From Alphaproteobacteria bacterium (GTDB lineage: Bacteria; Pseudomonadota; Alphaproteobacteria; UBA2966), in the NCBI GenBank assembly GCA_030740435.1, contig JASLXG010000071.1:1121-65120 (forward strand): a stretch of DNA of 64,000 bases. Reading direction: 5' to 3'. The position numbers and the translations under genes are program-made. The notes below the pieces were generated by a model. The model saw nothing but the letters and a program-made list of their open reading frames with translations, was not told the DNA's origin and did not search any database. This document shows, piece after piece, positions 39,751 through 49,196 of this stretch; the first letter of the stretch is position 1, and each line of letters opens with the position of its first letter.

Positions 39751-40206
39751 ATGGGTCTTTATTTCGAGGAGTTCGAGCTCGGCCACAGCATCACCACCGG
39801 CGCCCGCACGGTGACCGAGGCTGACGTGACTATGTTCGCCGGGCTCTCGGGCGACTTCAATCCGCTGCACTGCGACGCCGCCTTTGCTGCCCAGAGCCCT
39901 TTCGGCGAGCGCATCGCGCACGGCCCGCTGGCGCTGGGCATGGCTATCGGGCTGATGTCGCAGCAAAATCTGATCGATGGCACGGCGCTGGCGCTGCTTA
40001 ACGTGAATTGGGACTTTCAGGGCGCGGTAAGGCTCGGCGACACCATCCACGCCCTGGTCACGCCGCTGGAGAAGCGGCCCAGCGCCAAGCCCGACCGCGG
40101 TGTCGTGAAGCTCGGTTTCGAGGTCGTGAACCAGGCCAGCGAGACGGTGCAGACCGGCAGCGCGACGTTGTTGATGCAGACGCGGGAGGGCCGAGGCGGG
40201 CCCTAG
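39751..40206 (+). CDS. MaoC-like (R)-specific enoyl-CoA hydratase/dehydratase
   Basis: 151-aa hot-dog fold with '[14 protein letters not shown]...FGERIAHG'. Confidence 0.9.
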   Translation: MGLYFEEFELGHSITTGARTVTEADVTMFAGLSGDFNPLHCDAAFAAQSPFGERIAHGPLALGMAIGLMSQQNLIDGTALALLNVNWDFQGAVRLGDTIHALVTPLEKRPSAKPDRGVVKLGFEVVNQASETVQTGSATLLMQTREGRGGP

Positions 40207-41159
40207 AACGCGACCCCGCGTTCCTCCAGAAACCGGGTCATGATATCGACGCAGACGTCCGGCTTTTCCAGCTGCAAGAGGTGCCCGGTGCCCGGCACGA
40301 CCTCATACGGATACCCGAATTCGGCATGCAACGCAGCGTTCGAAAGCGCCGTCACGGCCGGGCTGGGCATCTCCGGGTCGCCGCAGATCATCTTCGCGGG
40401 ACCGCCGTAACGGTCGATGCGGTAGGCGAACGTGGTCGGCGTCACGTCGAGGTAGACGGCGGCTTCGCGTTCGGGGCGGCAGACCAGGCGCCATTCGCCT
40501 GCCGAGACATCCAAACGCAGTACCGAGCGCGCCATCAGGTCGTGGGCGCCTGGCTGCCAGGAGCGGTTGGCCCGGGTTCCGGCGAAGACCTCGGCCAGTT
40601 CGCCGGGATCGTCGAAGCGGGTCCGGCGCGCCGTGGCCCAGGCCGCCAGCTTGCGTTGCGTCGCGGCGGCGGCCTCGTAGACCTCGTGCCCGGGCAAGGG
40701 CGGCAGCGGCGGGTCGAAGAGAAAAAGCGCATCCCAGCGCCAGCCGAAATCGGCGGCGTGCATCATGGCCGCCAGCGCCGACAGCGAATGAAAGGCACCG
40801 ATGTTGGTGCCTGGGCCCAGGCGCTCGTCGACGGCCGCGATGATGGCCTCGAGATCGCGGGCGAAGCGGGGGAAATCGTGGGCCCCGGCGTGCAGCGGGT
40901 TGAGGCCGTGGTTGCGCTGGTCGAAGACGATAACCTCGAAACGATCGAGCAGCAGCCGCCAGAAGGGAAAGTAGCCGTCGCTGGCAAAGCCGTTGCCGTG
41001 GCTGACGAAGAGGCGGGCGCCACCGGCCCGGCCGTGGCGGCGCAGGCGGATTTGGGCACCGTCATCCATCATCAGCTCGAAGCTCTCCAGCGGCGCCGGT
41101 GGTTCGAGGGGCAGGACGGGGCTTGGGCTGGTCAACGAAGGCGTACAATCGATCGACAC
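40203..41159 (-). CDS. Alpha/beta hydrolase fold protein
   Basis: GTG 41159 preceded by AGGAG. 'HGNGF...FDQRNHG' and the nucleophile-elbow-like 'AFHSLSA'. ATG 41072 is an alternative start. Confidence 0.7.
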   Translation of the reverse strand: MSIDCTPSLTSPSPVLPLEPPAPLESFELMMDDGAQIRLRRHGRAGGARLFVSHGNGFASDGYFPFWRLLLDRFEVIVFDQRNHGLNPLHAGAHDFPRFARDLEAIIAAVDERLGPGTNIGAFHSLSALAAMMHAADFGWRWDALFLFDPPLPPLPGHEVYEAAAATQRKLAAWATARRTRFDDPGELAEVFAGTRANRSWQPGAHDLMARSVLRLDVSAGEWRLVCRPEREAAVYLDVTPTTFAYRIDRYGGPAKMICGDPEMPSPAVTALSNAALHAEFGYPYEVVPGTGHLLQLEKPDVCVDIMTRFLEERGVAF

Positions 41160-41208
41160 GCGGGACTCCTGGTTCAGCCGAGTTTGAACGGTGCCGCAAG
41201 CATAGCAA

Positions 41209-41856
41209 CTACTGTTCGGGCTGGTCCTCGCCCTCATCAGCCACCAGGTCGGCGACCTCCGCCGGAGGCCCAGGCTCGCCCTGGGGCGTGGTGTCGCTCT
41301 CACGCAGCACGCTATCGCGCCTGTCGTGATGATCCTTGAAGACCGCTTTGAGTTCGAATACCGCCTCGTCGATGCGCTCCAGGTGGGCCACGGCCAGGTC
41401 GCTGACCGCTTCGCCGCCGGGCGTATTGAGGTAGTCGCCCAGGCCGGCGAGAAAGAAGTCGACGGCGCCCAGGTAGTCGTCGATGCTGCGGGCTCGGCGC
41501 ATGTAGGACTGGTGGACGTTGCGCAGATTGGCCACCAGGATCTTGATCAGGCCCCTGACGAACTTGTCCGAGCGGTCCAATTTGGAGTCCAGCACGGCGC
41601 GGGGAAGGACCACGATGCTGGCAGCCTCCGTCGCCTGGGCGCCGGCCATGCGGGGGCTCTGGTCGATCAGGGCCATTTCGCCGAACATCTCGCCCTTGCC
41701 CAGATGGGCCAGGCTGACGCGTTCGCCGTCGACCGTTTTGAAGACCTCGACGCTGCCCGATTCGATGAGGAAGGCGGTATTTCCTTCGCTCCCCTCGTCG
41801 AAGACGATCTCGCCTTTGCGATAGAGTTTCTTGTTCAGGAATTCGGGGCTGCTCAT
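41209..41856 (-). CDS. Cyclic nucleotide-binding domain protein with uncharacterised C-terminal half
   Basis: CAP_ED motif 'GEMFGEMALI...PRMAGAQA'. The start overlaps the stop of the GMC oxidoreductase gene by 4 nt. Confidence 0.8.
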   Translation of the reverse strand: MSSPEFLNKKLYRKGEIVFDEGSEGNTAFLIESGSVEVFKTVDGERVSLAHLGKGEMFGEMALIDQSPRMAGAQATEAASIVVLPRAVLDSKLDRSDKFVRGLIKILVANLRNVHQSYMRRARSIDDYLGAVDFFLAGLGDYLNTPGGEAVSDLAVAHLERIDEAVFELKAVFKDHHDRRDSVLRESDTTPQGEPGPPAEVADLVADEGEDQPEQ

Positions 41857-43493
41857 CTACTGGTATCCTCACGCGGAACGCCGCGGCCACGGATGTGATC
41901 GGCCATCTTCTCGGCGATCATTATAGTCGGCGCGTTGATATTGCCGTTGGTTATCTGGGGCATGATCGAGCTGTCGACGACGCGCAAGCCCCCAACGCCG
42001 CGGACCCGGCCGGCGGCATCGACAACGGACGCGGGATCGCCGGCCTGGGCGCCCATGCGGCAGGTGCCGCAAGGGTGGTAGGCGGTTTCCACGGCGCCCC
42101 GGATGAAGGCGTCGATTTCGTCGTCCGATGTTACCTCGGCGCCCGGCGAAAGCTCGGCACCGCGATAGGGCGCGAAAGCCTCCTGGGCCAGCACCTCGCG
42201 GGTCAGCCGAAGGGCCTGGCGCATGGCCAGGATATCGTCCTCGTGGCTGAGGTAGTTGAACAGCAGGCTGGGGTGCTCGTGAGGATCACTTGAACGCAGC
42301 CTGAGGCGGCCGCGGCTCTGGGGGCGGTTGGGGCCGACGTGAACCTGGTAGCCCCAGCCCGGGGCGGCGGAGGAGCCGTCGTAGGCAATGGCGCCGGGCA
42401 GAAAATGGTATTGCAGATCGGCATAGTCGAGATCGGGACGGGAGCGGATGAAGGCACCGGATTCGAAATGGTTGGTGGCACCGAGACCTTGCTTGAAGAG
42501 AAGCCAACGCAAACCGATCGCCAGCTTGCGCCAGGGCGCAAGCTGGCGGTTCAGCGACACCGGCCGGGTGCATTCGACCTGCAGGAAGAATTCCAGGTGG
42601 TCCTGCAGGTTTTGGCCCACTCCCGGCAGGTGGTGGCGCACGGGCAAGCCGAATTCGGCCAAATGTTCGCCGTCGCCGATGCCGGCCAGCATCAGCAATT
42701 GCGGCGAGGCGAAGGGGCCGGCTGAAAGAATAATTTCGCGCCGCGCCCGGGCACGGTGGCGAACGCCGCCCTTTTCGTATTCGAGGCCCACCGCCCGGCC
42801 CTCGTCGAAAAGAATTTCCCGCGTCGTGGCAAAAGTCTCCAGCGCCAGGTTGGGGCGCCCCAGCGCCGGCTTCAGGTAGGCGCCGGCGGCCGAACAGCGC
42901 CGGCCCTTGCGCACCGTCATCTGCATCGGGCCGAAGCCTTCCTGCTGGCGGCCGTTGGGATCTTCGGTCGAGCCATAGCCGGCCTGGCGGCCGGCTTCGG
43001 CAAAGGCCCGGTAGAGCGGGTTTCGCATGCTGCCGGCGCTGATGCCCAAGGGACCATCGTGCCCCCGGAAGGCCGCGTCGCCTCCGGCGAAGCTTTCGGC
43101 CCGGCGGAAATAGGGCAGCACCTCGGCGAAGCTCCAGCCCTCGGCGCCGGCCTGGGCCCAGGCGTCGAAGTCGCCGGCATGGCCGCGCACGTAGACCATG
43201 CCGTTGATGGCCGAGGAGCCGCCGATGACCTTGCCCCGGGCCTGCTTGATGCGCCGCCCGTCGAGGCCCGGCTCAGGCTCGCTCAGGTAGCCCCAGTTGA
43301 AGCGCGGCAGATTCATGGCCAACGAAAAGGCCGTCGGCATGTGGAGCAAGAGGTTGTTGTCGCGGCCACCCGCCTCCAGCACCAGGACACTGTCGCGGCC
43401 GGATTCGCTCAAACGATTGGCCAGCACGCAGCCGGCCGACCCGGCGCCCACGACGAGATAATCGAAGCTGCGTTCGCCAACCATATCCTGCAT
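41853..43493 (-). CDS. GMC family oxidoreductase, choline dehydrogenase-like
   Basis: 546 aa with FAD motif 'DYLVVGAGSAGCVLANRLSE' and the GMC signatures. Assignment to BetA is by overall resemblance only. Confidence 0.85.
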   Translation of the reverse strand: MQDMVGERSFDYLVVGAGSAGCVLANRLSESGRDSVLVLEAGGRDNNLLLHMPTAFSLAMNLPRFNWGYLSEPEPGLDGRRIKQARGKVIGGSSAINGMVYVRGHAGDFDAWAQAGAEGWSFAEVLPYFRRAESFAGGDAAFRGHDGPLGISAGSMRNPLYRAFAEAGRQAGYGSTEDPNGRQQEGFGPMQMTVRKGRRCSAAGAYLKPALGRPNLALETFATTREILFDEGRAVGLEYEKGGVRHRARARREIILSAGPFASPQLLMLAGIGDGEHLAEFGLPVRHHLPGVGQNLQDHLEFFLQVECTRPVSLNRQLAPWRKLAIGLRWLLFKQGLGATNHFESGAFIRSRPDLDYADLQYHFLPGAIAYDGSSAAPGWGYQVHVGPNRPQSRGRLRLRSSDPHEHPSLLFNYLSHEDDILAMRQALRLTREVLAQEAFAPYRGAELSPGAEVTSDDEIDAFIRGAVETAYHPCGTCRMGAQAGDPASVVDAAGRVRGVGGLRVVDSSIMPQITNGNINAPTIMIAEKMADHIRGRGVPREDTSR

Positions 43494-43563
43494 GTCGATT
43501 TCGTCCCCGACCCGATAGCGGCCATCTTGCCCCTCTCGGGTACAGCGGCATAGGTTAGTTCGC

Positions 43564-43788
43564 GTGTCGGATGATGGCGAATTTCTCGACCGCCTGGCGG
43601 CCGCCGTGCGCCGTCATTTCGGCGCCGACGCCCGGGCGCCGGTCTTCGAGCTTGAGGAAGGCGACGATTTGGAGCGGGGCTTCGTCATGCCCTTCATCGC
43701 CGGCGAGACCCTGCCGCGGCACATCGTACGCGATCCGGCCCTGGCCGAGGCCCGGTGGGAAATGCGGGCCAGTCGTCATTCATATTGA
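43564..43788 (+). pseudogene. Probable remnant of an APH-like phosphotransferase gene
   Basis: The 74-aa ORF contains 'FVMPFIAGETLPRHIVRDPALAEAR', resembling an internal segment of about 350-aa phosphotransferase-family kinases. It lacks the rest of the protein and ends in an AT-rich patch. Confidence 0.35.
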
Positions 43789-43807
43789 TAAATAACAACT
43801 ATTCTTC

Positions 43808-43836
43808 CGAGTTCAGCGCTGAACTCGTTTCTTTTG
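43808..43836. terminator. Perfect 20-nt palindrome plus T-run between the remnant ORF and the mttB-like gene
   Basis: cgagttcagc|gctgaactcg followed by tttctttt on the + strand. It lies 40 nt past the mttB-like stop on the - strand. Confidence 0.45.
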
Positions 43837-43875
43837 GCCAACCGAGGGGCCTCAAGACAAAACGGCGCCGCCGCG

Positions 43876-45339
43876 CTATTCGAGTTCCGTTACCGGTAGC
43901 TGGTCCATGCCGTGTTGGGCGGCGTAGGCGGCGATGATGCGGTCGGCTTCGCGTTTGCGTTCGGGGTCGATCTGGCGGGGCGTGTAGTCGGCCAGGATCT
44001 CAGCCACGCGCGCCCGGGCCCGGCCGAAGGCGTCCTTGCTGCCTTGGGCCTCGAATTCCCGGCGCTGGCCGCGGTCGATGAGGTCGGAGGGCAGGAAACA
44101 TTCGTCCTTGAACCACTTCAGTGTATGGGGGGAAGAGAGAAAACCCGTGGTAGTGGCACCGCGTTCGATGATGACATCGAGCGCCAGGGCCTCGTCGCCG
44201 GTGTCGATGGGCCGGATCAGGCGCTTGGCCATGCCGCAGATCTCGTTGTCGATGAGCAGTTTCTCGGTGCTGATGACGTTGGCGTACTCCAGCGTGCCCG
44301 AGCCGCGGATGAGGTTGATGCGCGCCAGCGCCATGGCATTGAGCGCCGCCCCGGTTTCCTCGCCGGCCTGGTAGTCGACGCATTTGCTGTCGGCACGGCC
44401 GGTATTGGTCGACGAAGGCAAGCCGAGCCGCTTGGCGATCTGGCCGATGGCGGCGCCCATGATGATGGCCTCGCTGGCGGCCTGGCAGGCCGTGCCCTTG
44501 CGCATGTCCATGATCGAGGGGCCGCCGCCGAAAATCACCGGCGCGCCCGCCCGCACGGTCTGGCTGACCACGATGGTGGCCAGGTTCTCGGCCGTGTGCT
44601 GGACCAACGTTCCGGCCAGTGTCACCGGCGACGAGCCGCCGGCCAGCGGGATCGGAATCATCAGGGTGGGAAAGTTCTTCTCGGCCAAAAAGACGGCGTT
44701 CTCGGCCACCACGTCGGTCAGGCCCAGCGGCGACGAGGGATTGACGCAGAGGAGCGCGATGGGCCGCTGCGAGAGAGCCTTGTCGCCACCGGCCAGCGCC
44801 GCCATGACGCCCCAGATGACGGCGATGTCGTCAGTGCCGAAGGCGCCGCTGAACATGGGTTTCGGGGAATAGAGCAGCGCCAGGTAATAGCGGTAGGCGC
44901 TGACGATGGGCTTGGGCACGTCCGAGGGCACGAAAGAGCCGCTTTGCAGATCGATGTGGTCGCAGCGGTCGATGATCTTGGTGTGGTTGACGAGATCTCG
45001 CGAGGTGGCTTCGCGCAGGCCCTCGGTGTCCGGATCGTAAACGTAGGGCACCGTCGAGCCGGCCACGAAATTGACCTCGTCGCCGGCCAAGACGATGGGG
45101 GCGTCGCGGTCCTGGCGGTAGAGCCTGACCTCCGAGGGGCAGGTCTTGAGACAGCCTTCCAGCAAATCGCGGCCCAGCCGCAGGCGCTCGCCATCGCGTT
45201 CGACGCCGGATTGGCCGGTCAGCATGTCGAGCACCCGGTCGCTGCCCACATGGACGCCGACGCGGCCCAGCACCTCGAAGGCGCCGTCGATGATGCGGTC
45301 GGTTTCCGCCTCGCTCAGGAACGTCAGTCGCGGTTGCAT
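43876..45339 (-). CDS. MttB-superfamily methyltransferase (non-pyrrolysine member)
   Basis: 487 aa resembling trimethylamine methyltransferase family proteins throughout. There is no in-frame TAG. Lies directly downstream of a corrinoid protein gene. Confidence 0.85.
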   Translation of the reverse strand: MQPRLTFLSEAETDRIIDGAFEVLGRVGVHVGSDRVLDMLTGQSGVERDGERLRLGRDLLEGCLKTCPSEVRLYRQDRDAPIVLAGDEVNFVAGSTVPYVYDPDTEGLREATSRDLVNHTKIIDRCDHIDLQSGSFVPSDVPKPIVSAYRYYLALLYSPKPMFSGAFGTDDIAVIWGVMAALAGGDKALSQRPIALLCVNPSSPLGLTDVVAENAVFLAEKNFPTLMIPIPLAGGSSPVTLAGTLVQHTAENLATIVVSQTVRAGAPVIFGGGPSIMDMRKGTACQAASEAIIMGAAIGQIAKRLGLPSSTNTGRADSKCVDYQAGEETGAALNAMALARINLIRGSGTLEYANVISTEKLLIDNEICGMAKRLIRPIDTGDEALALDVIIERGATTTGFLSSPHTLKWFKDECFLPSDLIDRGQRREFEAQGSKDAFGRARARVAEILADYTPRQIDPERKREADRIIAAYAAQHGMDQLPVTELE

Positions 45340-45361
45340 GCCCTACTCCCGGAAAACGCAT

Positions 45362-46012
45362 TCATTCGTTGATGCCGACCAGAACACGAACCTTGTCCAG
45401 TGCGTCGATGGCGTCGGCGCCGTAGGCATCGGCGCCGATCTCGTCGGCCCAGCGCTGGTTGGCCACGGCACCGCCGATCAGCACCCGCACCTGGTGGCGC
45501 AAGCCGGCCTGGGCCAACGCCTCGACGACGTCGGCCTGCACCTGCATGGTGGTGGTGAGCAACGCCGACAGCCCGACCACCTGGGCCCCGCTGCGTTTGA
45601 CCTCGTCGACGAAGCGTTCGGGCGCCACGTCACAGCCCAGGTTGACGACCTCGAAGCCGGCCGCCGAGAGGGTGACAGCCACCAGCTTCTGGCCCAGATC
45701 ATGCAGATCTCCCTTGACCGTACCGATGACCACGGTGCCGCGTTTTTTCAGTGTGCTGCCGCTGGCCTCGAGCGCCGGGGTCAGCAGCTCGACGGCCTTG
45801 GCGAAGAGCTCGCCGCCGATCACCAGTTCGGGAATGAAAACGCTGCCCTCGGCGAAGCGCGCACCCAGTTGCTCGAGACCGGCGGCCAGGGCATCGGCGA
45901 TCTCCAACGGCGGCACTTCGGCCGCCAGTTCGGCACCGACCCAGGCCAAAACCTCGGCTTCGCGGAGCCCGCAGACCGCCTCGACAACGTCGAAATCGGG
46001 ATCCTTCGCCAT
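45362..46012 (-). CDS. Cobalamin-binding corrinoid protein (MtbC/MttC-like)
   Basis: 216 aa. A B12-binding_2 cap precedes a Rossmann-like domain with 'GDLHDLG' (DxHxxG), 'GLSALLTTT' (SxL) and 'LIGGAV' (GG). Confidence 0.9.
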   Translation of the reverse strand: MAKDPDFDVVEAVCGLREAEVLAWVGAELAAEVPPLEIADALAAGLEQLGARFAEGSVFIPELVIGGELFAKAVELLTPALEASGSTLKKRGTVVIGTVKGDLHDLGQKLVAVTLSAAGFEVVNLGCDVAPERFVDEVKRSGAQVVGLSALLTTTMQVQADVVEALAQAGLRHQVRVLIGGAVANQRWADEIGADAYGADAIDALDKVRVLVGINE

Positions 46013-46027
46013 ACCACGCCCTCCTGA

Positions 46028-46822
46028 TCAAGAACCCGTAAATTTGGGCGCACGCTTTTCCTTGAAAGCCAACCGTCCCTCGGCGTAATCGGCGCTGTCG
46101 AAGCAGGCCGCAACCATGGCCTCGAGCGCCGCCAGGTCGCGATCCTGGGGATCCCTGCAAGCCTCGCCGACGGCGCGTTTGGCGGCCCGGATGGTGAGCG
46201 GTGCGTTGGCGGCGATGCTTTCGGCCAGCTCGCGAACCGTGGTTTCCAATTCGGCCGGCGGCACCAGGCGGTTGATGAGCCCGATGCGCAGCGCCTCTTC
46301 GGCCGAAAGCCTGCGCGCCGTATACAGGATCTCGCGGGCCAGGGCCGGGCCCACCAGGTCGTTGAGCACCTTGACGCCGGCAAAGCCATAGCCCAGCCCC
46401 AGCCGCGCCGCCGGAATGGCGAACTGGGCGCCCTCGGCGGCGATGCGGATGTCGGCCGCCAAGGCCGTGGCCAGGCCGCCGCCCAGGCAGTAGCCCCGGA
46501 TCATGGCAATCAGCGGTTTTTCGAAATTGGCCAGCGCCGTACGGCCGCCCTCCGAGACCCGGGCGTATTCCTCGGCCGCCTCGGCCGAGGAGCGCTTGTC
46601 GTCGAACTCGGAGATGTCGGCCCCCGAGACGAAGGCCTTGTCGCCGGCCCCCGTCATGACCACCAAGCGCACCGCCGGGTCCTGTTGAAAGGCCGGCAGG
46701 ATCTCACCCATGGCCTGCCACATTTCCAGCGAAAGGGCGTTGTGGCGCTGGGGGTTGTTGAAGGTCATCCAGCCGATGGCGCCTTCCCGGCGGGCGAGCA
46801 TTTTCTCCGTTGCCAGCTTCAT
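46028..46822 (-). CDS. Enoyl-CoA hydratase/isomerase family protein
   Basis: 264-aa crotonase fold with 'MTFNNPQRHNAL', 'FVSGADISEF' and 'GYCLGGGLATALAADIRIA'. Confidence 0.9.
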   Translation of the reverse strand: MKLATEKMLARREGAIGWMTFNNPQRHNALSLEMWQAMGEILPAFQQDPAVRLVVMTGAGDKAFVSGADISEFDDKRSSAEAAEEYARVSEGGRTALANFEKPLIAMIRGYCLGGGLATALAADIRIAAEGAQFAIPAARLGLGYGFAGVKVLNDLVGPALAREILYTARRLSAEEALRIGLINRLVPPAELETTVRELAESIAANAPLTIRAAKRAVGEACRDPQDRDLAALEAMVAACFDSADYAEGRLAFKEKRAPKFTGS

Positions 46823-46824
46823 TC

Positions 46825-47091
46825 AGTACCCACTTTCACATTAGGATGGCACGTCTGACGGCCAGGAAGGACCACCGGCCAGGAGCGCGGCCCGCCGTGA
46901 TGGTGGTCCATCACAAGGGCCGCGGGACGACGTCCGATGGTCCTTCATGGCCGCCTTTCGGGTCGCTTTTCCGGCGCTGTGGAGGGCGTCAGCAGCGCTT
47001 GCCGATGGCCCCGCATCGGCGGCCCGCTGCTTCCTACCCACAGCGCCGGCTAAGCGATCAGACGTACCATCCTAATGTGAAAGTGGGTACT
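46825..47091. mobile_element. MITE-like element or structured intergenic insert bounded by 34-bp inverted repeats
   Basis: Left arm 46825-46858 (agtacccactttcacattaggatggcacgtctga) is the reverse complement of right arm 47058-47091, with 33/34 matching. The interior has further nested stems. No ORF with coding character. Confidence 0.55.
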
Positions 47092-48286
47092 AAATCACCC
47101 TTCGAGCGCGCAAGTCGGCCAGGGCGGCGCTGTCGTAGCCCAGGGCGCTGAGGATCTCGTCGTTGTGCTGGCCCGCTGCCGGGGTCGCGAGGCGCGCCTG
47201 TTGCGGTCTTTCGGCGCCCTCCAGATGCACCGGCTGGCCGACGATGGCGAGCTTGCCTCGTACCGGGTGCTGCATCTCCCAGGCAATGCCCAGGTGTTGG
47301 ACCTGGGGATCGTTGAAGGTTTGGTCGATGCTGTTGATGGGCCCGCAGGGCACACCACGGGCGTTGAGTTCCTCGACCCATTCGGCGCTGGAGCGTGTCG
47401 CCGTGATGGCGCCGATCTCGGCATTCAGGAGTTGGCGGTTCTTGGACCGAGCGCCGGCCGTGGCAAAGCGTTCGTCCTGGGCCAGCTCAGTGGCGCCGAT
47501 GTGGTCGAGCAGGCGCTCCCACAAGCGGCCGCCCGGCGCCGCGATGTTGATGGCACCGTCGGCCGTGGGAAAGACGCCCATGGGGATGCCGGTGGGATGG
47601 TCGTTGCCGGCCTGGCCGGGCACGTCGTGGTCGATCAGCCAGCGCGCCGCCTGGAAATCGAGCATGCTGATCATGGCCTCCAACAGTGAGGTGTGGACCC
47701 ATTGCCCTTTTCCCGTGCGGCCGCGTTCGATCATGGCCAGCAAAATGCCCTGGGCCAGGTACATGCCGGCGGCGAGGTCGGCGATGGGGATGCCGACGCG
47801 CACCGGTCCCTGGCCCGGGAGACCAGTGATCGACATCAGGCCGCCCATGCCCTGGGCGATCTGGTCGACGCCGGCGCGGCTGCTGTAGGGGCCATCCTGG
47901 CCAAAGCCCGAGATGGAGCCGTAGATGAGCCTGGGATTGTGGGCCTGGAGGCTGTCGTAGTCGACGCCGAGCCGGTGCTTGACCTCGGCCCGGAAGTTCT
48001 CCACCACGACGTCGGCCTGGGCCACCAGTTCGAGAAAGATGCGGTGGCCGTCGGGGTTCTTGAGGTCCAGCGTCAGGCTGCGCTTGTTGCGATGCAGGTT
48101 GAGGAAATCGGGTGCCGCGCGCGAGCCGCCGACGCCGTCGTTGTCGCTGCCGGGATCGGGCGGCACCTCGATCTTGATGACGTCGGCGCCCCAGTCGGCG
48201 AGCTGGCGCACCGCCGTGGGCCCGGCCCGGGCGTGGGTCAGGTCGAGCACGCGGATATCGGCAAGCGGCAGGGGGGTATCTGTCAT
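47090..48286 (-). CDS. Family III CoA-transferase (CaiB/BaiF family)
   Basis: 398 aa. N-terminus 'IRVLDLTHARAGPTAVRQLADWGADVIKIE' is diagnostic of the family. Confidence 0.9.
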   Translation of the reverse strand: MTDTPLPLADIRVLDLTHARAGPTAVRQLADWGADVIKIEVPPDPGSDNDGVGGSRAAPDFLNLHRNKRSLTLDLKNPDGHRIFLELVAQADVVVENFRAEVKHRLGVDYDSLQAHNPRLIYGSISGFGQDGPYSSRAGVDQIAQGMGGLMSITGLPGQGPVRVGIPIADLAAGMYLAQGILLAMIERGRTGKGQWVHTSLLEAMISMLDFQAARWLIDHDVPGQAGNDHPTGIPMGVFPTADGAINIAAPGGRLWERLLDHIGATELAQDERFATAGARSKNRQLLNAEIGAITATRSSAEWVEELNARGVPCGPINSIDQTFNDPQVQHLGIAWEMQHPVRGKLAIVGQPVHLEGAERPQQARLATPAAGQHNDEILSALGYDSAALADLRARRVI

Positions 48287-48304
48287 GGGATTCTTGTCTG
48301 TTGT

Positions 48305-49166
48305 TCAGTTTTCGACGGTTCGGGATTCGATGTCCAAGAGGCGCTGGAGATCGATGGTGGCATGTTGGGCTTCCTGCAGCTCGCTCCAATCCTGCGGCGG
48401 CCGCGAGGTGATGGCGAATCCGTCAGCCATTTCGGCATAGACGGCGCGCATGGCTTCATAAGCCGCCAGCAGCGGCGTCGACGGATCGACCAGGATACGA
48501 AATCCCAGCGCCCCCATGTCGGCCGGCGTCATGTCCATGCCGGCCAGCCAGCCCGGCCGCAAGAACAGCATCAGCGGCCCCTCCAGGCGCTCGCCGACAA
48601 AGCGCACGTCGTCGGCCGTTAAAGGGCAGCGGCAACAGCACGTCGGCACCGGCGGCACGGTAGGCCTCGAGGCGGCGCAGCGCATCGTCCATGGAACTGG
48701 CGCGCACGCCGTTGGTGCGGGCGATGATCAGGGTATCCGGATGGCGCCGTGCCGCCACCGCCTCGCGCACCTTGTCGACCATCTCTTCGAGCGTCACCAT
48801 GTGCTCGATGCCGACGTGGTGATGGGCCCGCTTGGGCAGGATCTGGTCCTCGATCTCCAGGGCCGCGAAGCCGGCCGCCTCGGCCAGCGACACGGTGCGG
48901 TGCATGTGCATGGGATCGCCCCAGCCGGCGGCCGCGTCGAGGATCAGCGGCAGCTCGCAGGCACTGCGGATCTCCAGCCCGGCCTGGGCCATCTCGGTCA
49001 GCGTGAGATTCGCCTCGAGGTGGGTGTTGAGGTAGCCCGAGGCACCGCCGCCGAGGTAGAGCGCGCGAAAGCCCGCCTCGGCGGCCATCCTGGCCATCAG
49101 CGGATTGAGCACCAGCGGCGCGCAAACCGGTTCGTCAGCCTCGATCATCTGGCGCAAATTTGACAC
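48305..49166 (-). pseudogene. PEP mutase / isocitrate lyase superfamily gene with a +1 frameshift near 48621-48626
   Basis: Track ORF 48456..49166 reads correctly up to 'AGADVLLPLP'. The continuation 'LTADDVRFVGERLEGPLMLFL...' is in ORF 48305..48685, one frame over. The total of 862 nt is not divisible by 3. Confidence 0.75.
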
Positions 49167-49196
49167 GTCCGGTGTTCCTTCATGCTGCGGTCGATT

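Noticed and set aside
43912-45372. 486-aa ORF on the plus strand
   Set aside because: It is antisense to the MttB-family gene, has low-complexity Gly/Ala/Asp/Arg composition and belongs to no recognisable family.
46859-47057. Cobalamin riboswitch upstream of the crotonase/corrinoid/MttB genes
   Set aside because: I read the minus-strand sequence looking for the B12 box (GCCACTG core) and the GGTG..AA..CC / GGGAA blocks. I found none convincingly. The gccaggaaggaccaccggcc resemblance is on the wrong strand.
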